Source: Paraspadella gotoi (lineage: Eukaryota > Animalia > Chaetognatha). From it: a DNA stretch of 64,000 nt. Positions 56,030 through 64,000 of the stretch are shown here, piece after piece (the first letter of the stretch is position 1; each line of letters begins with the position of its first letter). Both the position numbers and the translations under genes were made by a program. The notes below the pieces were generated by a model. That model did no database searches and had not been told where the DNA came from. It saw nothing but the letters and a program-made list of their open reading frames with translations. The stretch covers positions 2,975,935 to 3,039,934 of the forward strand of contig CM119268.1 in assembly GCA_051294375.1 (NCBI GenBank). Direction: 5' to 3'.

Positions 56030-56850
56030 GGATAAATGCGCTCAAAATTGGAAGTTTATGAATCGCGAAATGGCAAAAATGCGGATACAATGGCAAAATG
56101 GAAAGTTATATAAGCCGCGAAATGCGAAAAGGGATAAAATGGGCAAAATCATGGAAAGTAATCAAATCGCGAAATGAAAAAAATGGATAAATGGAAAAAA
56201 TGGAAAGTTTATGAATGCCGAAATGGAAAAGCGGCTAAATGGCAAAATGCGCAAATTTAATAAATCGCGAAATCTGCGGAAAAATGGATAAATGGAAAAA
56301 TGGAAAGTTTCATGCAATCGCGATTAATGGAAAGAAAAGCAATCGCTGAAATGAAAAAGCGGATAAATGGCAAATGCGAAGGCGTCGAATGAATCGCCTG
56401 AACATGCCCCGAAAAGGATTAAATGGCAAAATGCGAAAGTTGTATGAATCGCCCGAAATGCGAAAAGGGATAAATGGCCAAAATGAAAGTTTATGTGAAT
56501 CATGAAATGCGAAAAGGGATAAATGGCCAAAATGGAAAGTTGATGAATCGCCTGAAATGGAAAAGGGAGATAAAATGGCAAAATGGAAAGTTTAATCACA
56601 ATCGCGAAATGCGAAAAAGGCGCATTAAAATGGCAAAATGGAAAGTTAATAAATCGCCGAAATGCGAAAAAGCGGGATAAATTGGCAAAATGGAAAGTTT
56701 ATGTCAATCGCGAAATGGAAAATGGATAANNNNNNNNNNNNNNNNNNNNNNNNNATGGCAAAATGGAAAGTTGATGAATCGCGAAATGGAAAAGAGAAGA
56801 AGCGAGAAATGGATAAGGGAAGAATTACGATTCAGAAAAGGGATAAATGA
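56030..56850. repeat. Tandem satellite, unit about 46-47 bp (atggcaaaatggaaagtttatgaatcgcgaaatgcgaaaagggataa), about 16 noisy copies
   Basis: Recurring aatggaaagt and aatcgcgaaat motifs; one unit also at about 53054-53100. Confidence 0.85.
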
Positions 56851-58493
56851 CAAAATAGAAAAGGGAAGAATAGCTCAATGAAAAAGAAAAAAGTAAGAAT
56901 CTAGAATTAAAAAAAATAATAAATGCGAAAAGAAAAAAATATGAAAAAAGTGAATAGAAATGAGATGAATAGCAAATAAATTTCGAAATGAATAAGGAAT
57001 TAACAACGAAATAGAAAAGGCATGAATATCAGACATGGACCAGACGAAATCTAGACATGATGAACTCGGGTCTATCTGAAGATTCAGACCCAAACTTCCC
57101 GTTTCCCCAGTTTTATCCCAACTTTAATTGAAAAACGAATAAAAAAAAAAAACATAAACATTGACGCGCTGGGCTCCCCCCCCCCCGCTCGCCCGGCTCC
57201 CGACGGGGAAAAGGGTTTTGCAGACGCCGCAGTATTTTTTTTTTGGCCTTTAACAAAAGTAGGGCAAGCATCATACGACGCTTCTGATCCCCGAGAGGAA
57301 CGGAAAATTATGGAAGTTATTAATTATTGTGGGGGGAAAGGGGGAAGGAGTGATAATGGATAAAAGTGAATGAGCAAATAGTCGGGGTTTTACGGAGAAA
57401 TTGAGAAAGGGAAATTAAGGCTATTAATGGCATTTTTAATTTTACTCCCCCGCCCGGCCTTTAACCCACCGTAGCCTGTTCAAAGTCAGGGGCGAGAAAG
57501 CTTGGTTTATTAAATAAAATTGGATAATTTTTATATTGCTTGTACCTATTTTTTATGAGACGAAAATCGATAAAAATCTAAAATTTAAAATTAAAGAGAA
57601 AATCGTGAAGAAAGCGAAAACAAATAAAGTTGAGATCGAAATGAGATTTGATGAGCGAGAAAGATTTTTTTTTCCGTTTGACCGAAAAAGAAAATTGAAA
57701 AACGAGGAAAGTCGTTCAACCGCGATTGCGCGAATGACAAAAACTTTGAGAAGTAAATAGATTAATTTAGGTTAATCGAGATATAATTATGAATTATGAT
57801 AAAATTATGATATAATTTATTAATTAATTGTATTTTTCTATCGTTAACAAGAGGTAAAATCGCGTTCGCTGCTGTTTGTGAAACTTAGAATGGGTGATAT
57901 TTTTTTGATATTCGACTGAGCTGGATTTGTAATGTCGGATTTAAATCAAATATGGTAATGCCACTGTGTTAACGATCAGACGATGAAACACTTTTTAAGA
58001 AATATATTTATTTTATAGATAAATTTAACCAAATGAATAATGTGAAATAGCGCTGGAATCGTCGTTAGGAAAAGAATGAAAAGGCATCGGCTGCTGTGGA
58101 GTCGATTCCATCAGTTATTCCATCAATTATTCCATTCAATTATTCCATCAAGAATCTAAGATTTGAATCAATTCCGCATTTTGGTTTTATTCATCTAGAA
58201 ATCGATGATAAATTTGTTGCTCTTCATGAGAAATATGATGCAATCGACGGTTTAGGAGGCAGTGATGGAGAAGAGAGAGAGAGAGGGGGAGAGCAGGGAG
58301 GGAGAGAAGAGAGAGAGAGAGAGAGGAGAGAGTAGAGAGAGAGGAGAGAAGAGAGAGAGGAGAGAGAGAGAGAGAGAGAGAGATAGGGAAACAGGAAGCT
58401 AAAGAGTGAGACATGTAGGAGCGAAGAACAAGAGGAGCGAGAAAGGAGGGAAAGGCAGAGCGTGGAGCGACAGAGAAGAGAGAGAGAAGAGAG

Positions 58494-58533
<40 letters not shown>

Positions 58534-59602
58534 AGAGAGAGAGAGCGTGAATGGAATAAACGGCGGGGAAGAGGAGCAACGGATTCGCGCCGAGCCGCAC
58601 TGGAGCGAAGGAGCGCTGATACGCGGGGCGGTGGGGAGCAGGCCCAGGGTCCTGTGGTAGAGCAGAATAGCTGCGAAGGCGGTGCAGGAGCAGGTTTGGG
58701 AATTTTCGTTAGTCATCGCTGGAGCGAGAAAGAGGAAGAAGATTCTAGAATGAAGATAAGAGCAGAGAAATGCTGGAGCAAGAAAGATGATAAGAGAAAC
58801 AAATCAAAGTAAAAAAAGAATAATAATTGATATTATTTGATTAATTAATTATTATTATTAATATATTATTTGTATCAATTGTTTTCATTTTATTCGGAAA
58901 AGGGTCGGGGTTAGTATTGTATATAGTTCTTATTTACATACGCGTAATTCGTGACGCCTTTGACCCTCCTTTCCTTTTTTTGCTGCAGAACCTCATCAAA
59001 TGGCCTCATCCCATGAACTTACCCAAGCCGTTCGGTGCTGAATAGAGGTGAGCTCTCTACAATAAAATCCGCTCATCACTGAGCATCAAAGTTTTAAAAT
59101 TAATACACTTTTTAGCTTATCCGACCGTAATTCCTTCACCTCTCTCTCAGCCAATCATCCGCCCTGTATTTCACCTTCAATTCTTTCTCAGCCAATCAAC
59201 TGCCCGCATTCTGACCTTCAATTCGATCGACGATACAAGAATCAACACAAATTAATGTTTTTCTTATCATCTAACCTAATTCAGTTTCGGAATAAAAAAA
59301 AAAAAAAAAAAGAGCCGAATGCATCGGCGATAATATCCAGTAACCGAGTAAAATTGCTTTAGCAAAAAAAAAAAATAAATTATATAATTATACAAGTTTT
59401 CCCTCATAATAAATGCTTCATCAACAATAAACAAAAAGCTAATCGGTTTTCGGCCGGTTGTTTTTTTTTTTTTTTTTTCCTTGTTTTCGTGTTTGTTGTT
59501 CGCCAAGTATTTGTTTGTTTTTGGCGAGAAAAATGGAAACCCGGCGGTTCTTGACTTTGGCGTTCTCTCTCTCTCTCTCTCTTTTCTCCTCTTCTCTTCT
59601 CT

Positions 59603-59659
<57 letters not shown>

Positions 59660-59803
59660 AGCTAATTTTGCTTTTATATGTAGACTAAATCTTTTTGACT
59701 TTTCAATCTCTCCCTGGCGGATCTCAAATCGCTTAACCAGATTTCAGCTACAGTAAATTCGAACCTTGAGTTTCAACTGTACAGAAGACCACGAGAAATG
59801 AAT

Positions 59804-59847
<44 letters not shown>

Positions 59848-61026
59848 TCTCTCTCTCTCCGATCCTCCCGATCTTGCTCGTTTAGTGACGATGGGGAGAT
59901 ATTGTAGCAGCGTTTAGGCGGCTCTCAGAGCCTGACCCGAGGCGGATCCAGCTTCTCTCGTGCTCCCGTGGCCTAGTCCTCTTCTCTCTTCTCTGGCGAC
60001 TCACCAGGCCCCGCGGTCATGAACGATTAGTTCCTTGTCTCCGGACGGAATCCTCGGTGATCTGCTTACAAATCGCAACAACCCACTCCCGCCATCTATA
60101 ACCGGTGCCTCGGCGTCTTGCCAGACGATACTAACGGGCGCACCGGCATTCAAGTACCCTGCCCGCGCCTTCGTAGATCTCCCTCGTTACTCACTTATCA
60201 GCCCTAGCTCTTCTCGAGTGGCCACATGTGCTCGGATCTCCGGTTCGGCATGTCCCTCGGTGTTCTCTCTCCGCTCGTCTCTCTCTCTCTCTATCTTCCT
60301 CTCTGTCTTGCTCACATTCTGAGTAATCTAATTAACTAATTATATTGTTTTTGGACATAATTCAGAATCTGTACAACCAAGATGGAAAAGATAAAGGTGT
60401 CGGTTGAATTATTTTCAATGTTATAACCCAAATCAGTTTTTTAGTCTCTCTCTTTCTCTCTGCAGATTAAGACGTCATAACCTTTATCAGAATCAGTTGT
60501 TAACAAGAATGTTGGTTTGCTTCCTGTTGGTTCTTACCTCTTAATATTTGTAATCCTCTAAAATGTTTGAAAAGTATTAAATGAAATAAAACAAACAGTA
60601 AAGGGATATCTAAAAGGTTTAATAACCTGTGACGACTGAAAATGCTGTACGTTTAATAAAGATAATGTGGAAAATAAGGATTTAAAATTTCTTTCCATGA
60701 GCAAGAAATAAAATTAAATTTTTATCGAGATGTAAGTCACGAAAGGTTTCTATTAATGATTATTCAAATAGAAAACAATTGATAAGAAGACTCTTTGAAC
60801 CTTGATATATTTAAATTTTAAAAAACACAAAAAAAATATTAAAACGTAAAAATTAAAATGATTACATCAAAATTGCCCAATTAAAGACAAACGTTAAAGT
60901 AGAACGACATTAAACCGGTTTTTTGGCTTTTCCCTATTTGAAAAATATGGATCCAACGAAAACAAAATTGTAACGTTTAAAATATTAAAGAAATAAAACT
61001 AATATTTATAGCAAAAGCTAACTTAC

Positions 61027-61031
61027 CTCAT
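61027..61031 (-). CDS. ena: Canonical ena first coding exon (ATG AG|), giving M-S-E-H-S-I when spliced to the EVH1 exon
   Basis: The minus strand reads cataATGAG|GTAAGT (A at -3, perfect donor). Phase 2 matches ag|C GAG CAC. A 5-nt MS first coding exon is the known layout in vertebrate ENAH/VASP. Confidence 0.65.
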
Positions 61032-61304
61032 TATGACGAGTTTTAGCCTCGAGCGGGGAGGAAATCCCGTCCCTTATTGGGGATCGACGGTTAACCGATG
61101 GACGACTGACGAATTATGAACGACTGACCGACTGACCTATGAACAATCGATGGATGAACGATGAACGACGGATGAACGACTAGTGAATGAAAGAATTTGA
61201 GGATCGAAGAGGAAGCGAAGTTTTTTTTGGTTTTTAAAATTCGTGGAAAGGAGTTTTGAAAATGATATGTAATCCACTGAAAACTGTCTCTGTCTCTATC
61301 TCGT

Positions 61305-61342
<38 letters not shown>

Positions 61343-61674
61343 AACTCGTCCGTCGAGTTCAAAGGTAAAATTTCTTTTAAACAATCGAAAGTGAAATATT
61401 TTTCATTTCTTTAGTTTAGAAGTAAGGAAGTTGCTGTTGCAGCAAATTATCACACAATTGTAGCAGAGAAATCGTCTTTTTCCGCCGGCGGAAATGATCG
61501 TCGTATAAATCGAAGAGGGAATTTCCTGGGAATTTTTATCTCGAAGATCTTTTGTTTCTGAATTAGTAAAAAATTCGGAATCTGGAATCAAAACCTTTTT
61601 TTTTTGGTTTATGTTGGAATCGATCGTCCCTTAATTCTTCACGGGCGGCATTTTCCCCGTGACCCGTCAATCCA

Positions 61675-61890
61675 GAGCCGCCATGTTTCAATCGCAAAAA
61701 CAGGGGAACAACCTGAGTCACCAGAGTTAAAACGGAAATGGACAGAGTCGGGTGGCGCCGAAACCCGGGGATTCTCATTGGTCGATTTTTGACTCGTGTT
61801 GGATCGCCGATTGGTCCGGTGTATCGACGGAATCGTTTTTCTCATTGGACGACTCGTCGCGGAATCGTCTCCTGATTGGTCGGTTGGCTA
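61675..61890 (-). promoter_or_regulatory. CpG-rich promoter with four phased CCAAT boxes and YY1-like, ETS-like and E2F-like motifs
   Basis: ATTGG at 61777, 61810, 61844 and 61875 (spacing 33/34/31 bp); AACATGGCGGC on - at about 61677-61687; cggaaatg at about 61733; ggcgccgaaa at about 61754; located about 700 nt upstream of the ATGAG exon end. Confidence 0.6.
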
Positions 61891-64000
61891 TTAGTCAGAA
61901 ATGGGATTCTCTTTCGTGAACCGGGGGAAGAGTGAGTGAAGGAAGGAAGACGCCCGAGTTGAACAAAAGGTTTTTCAGTAGATAGAAGATTTTGCCTTTT
62001 GNNNNNNNNNNAGAATAATAATTGATAGTATTTGATTAATTAATTTATTAATTAATTAAATAATTAATTTGTATCAATCGTTTTCATTTTATTCGGAACA
62101 GGGTCGGGGTTAGTATTATATTAGTTCTTATTTACATACGCGTAATTCGTGACGCCTTTGGCCCTCCTTTCTTTTTTTGCTGCATAACCTCATCAAATGG
62201 CCTCATCCCACTGAACTTACCCAAGCCGTTCCGTGCTGAATAGAGGTGAGCTCTCTACAATAAAATCCGCTCATAACGATTTGAAATCAATTCCCATTTT
62301 GGGTTTTATTCATCTGAAGAAATCGATTGAATATTTTGTTTCTTTCTATTGAGACAAATAATGAATGCAATCGACCGGTTTAGAGGCAGTGATTGGAAAG
62401 AGAGAGAGAAGGCAGAGGGAGGAGAGAGAGAGAGAAGATGAGAGAGTGACGTTAGAGACGAGAGAGAGGATATGGTGTCTCAGGAAAGCTCAGCACACAG
62501 CGAACCTAAGAGTTGAGACATTCGCTTAGTGAGCCATGAGATCCTTGATAGACAAAAGAGGTAGCGTGAGAAGAGAATGAGGAAATAGGCTATGTAGCCC
62601 GTTGGAGCGTCTCAGTCCCTAGCGCGAAGAGAGAGAGAAGAGAGTCAGAGACGAGAGTACGAGACGTCAGAGATGCATGCGATGAATGGAATATAGCCCT
62701 CTCGTCGGGGAATAGAAAGAGCCACTCGCGATTCCGCTCGTCCGAGACGCGCACGGAGGCGATCAGGAGCGCTTGATATCGTGGGGCGGTCTCGTGTGGG
62801 GGAGCAGGCCGCAGGGGTCTGATGGGTAGAGGAGAATGCTGCAGAGAGCCGTGCAGTGACGCAGGTTGGGATATAACTGTTCGCTCCTAGTTCATCCTGT
62901 CTGGAGCTGCAGGAAACAGAGGTACAGAAGATTTCTCGATCTATGCAAGATAATCGAGCGAGATACTCTGCTGGGAGCCTCAAGAAAGATGAATAATGCT
63001 CAGATCACATACACATCATCAAGTAAAATTATAGATACTCTATTGTATCGTCACTTAATTTGTAGGAATTGAAAACTGATTGGATTAATTAATCTTTTTC
63101 TGTATTCATCCTTTCCATTTTTCTCTATTTCGAGTGAACAAGGGGTCGGCTCTCACACATTTGCTCTCGCATTTTTCACAAGTTTTTCTTATTTTACTCA
63201 GTATCACTAGCGTAAATTCTCTCGAATGTCGTCTATATAGCGTATCCTTCCTTTCCATACCTGTCTTTTCTTCATGCGGCTGGCAGACCTCATCCAAATC
63301 GGCCTGCTATCTCAGACTCGAACTCACCCATCTCCTGCCCGTTCTGTGGCTGATGAGGTGAGCTCTCTTCTACAAATAAAATCGCTCACTCTTCATCTTC
63401 TCTCTCTCTCTCTCATCACCTGAGAATCACTCTCGTTTCAAGGTTTAACACNNNNNNNNNNNNNNNNNNNNNNNNNNNNNNNNNNNNNNNNNNNNNNNNN
63501 NNNNNNNNNNNNNNNNNNNNNNNNNNNNNNNNNNNNNNNNNNNNNNNNNNNNNNNNNNNNNNNNNNNNNNNNNNNNNNNNNNNNNNNNNNNNATCCGCTC
63601 ATCCACCACTGAGCATTCAAAGTTTAAAATTAATTAAATTAATACACTTTTTAGCTTATCCGACCGTAATCCTTCCACCTCTCTCTCAGCCAATCATCCG
63701 CCCGTATTCTCACCTTCAATTCTTTCTCAGCCAATCAACTGCCCGCATTCTGACCTTCAATTCGATCGACGATATGAGAATCAAAACAAACAAATTAATG
63801 TTTTTCTTATCCTCTAACCTAATTCAGTTTCGGAATAAAAATAAACAAAAAAAAAAGAGCCGAATGCATCGGCGATAATATTCCAGTAACCGAGTAAAAT
63901 TGTTTAGCAAAAAAAAAATAATAAATTAATAATTATACAAGTTTTCCCTCATAATAAATGCTTCATCAACAATAAACAAAAAGCTAATCGGTTTCGGCCG

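Larger units (their letters stand above)
52508..64000. repeat. Redundant direct copies of intronic sequence: 52508-53100 ~ 55521-56070; 53100-55520 ~ 57720-60555; partial or very noisy copies at 62012-63430 and 63593-64000
   Basis: Colinear landmarks (taatccaaactttaagcc, ggagcaggcccagggtcc, cagccaatcatccgccc) recur 2-4 times with indel-dominated differences. Confidence 0.9.

Noticed and set aside
60538-60557. 20-nt minus-strand microexon (tttag|AGG...AGAG|GTAAGA)
   Set aside because: It would shift the frame, and the donor is absent in the sister copy at about 55500.
62275-63430. Diverged paralogous segment with novel ORFs
   Set aside because: Insertion-riddled version of about 58160-59080, typical of an uncorrected long read.

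Overview
Eukaryotic (animal, probably arthropod/crustacean by inference) genomic DNA. It is AT-rich and dense in (AG)n/(GAT)n/(GAC)n microsatellites, with GC-rich exons and GT-AG introns. Most ORFs in the supplied track are microsatellite or antisense noise. The real content is one minus-strand gene, an enabled/VASP (Ena) homologue, which the track misses because it is split into small exons damaged by long-read-type indels. Its EVH1 domain can be rebuilt from three exons as (S)EHSIAAARASVMTYDDALKKWVPAGASSGLSKVHVYHHALNNTFRVVGRKIQDHE / [28 protein letters not shown] / VYGLNFTCREDAETFANAMGAAIETLN (a consensus with manual indel correction). A 5-nt coding first exon (ATGAG|GTAAGT at 61027-61031) lies below a promoter with four phased CCAAT boxes. 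Inside intron 1, four more phase-compatible exons encode an alternative N-terminus of about 250 aa with a clear transmembrane helix, i.e. a candidate membrane-anchored Ena isoform; this is the best biological lead. Downstream of EVH1 are two large exons encoding a long disordered region, still open at the window edge. The apparent triplication of the locus, the 2.9-kb fold-back and the repeats at 52-64 kb look like gap-filling artefacts: 25-N gaps, inverted fills, and copies sharing identical indel errors. I found no prokaryotic-type system, CRISPR array, rRNA or autonomous transposon.
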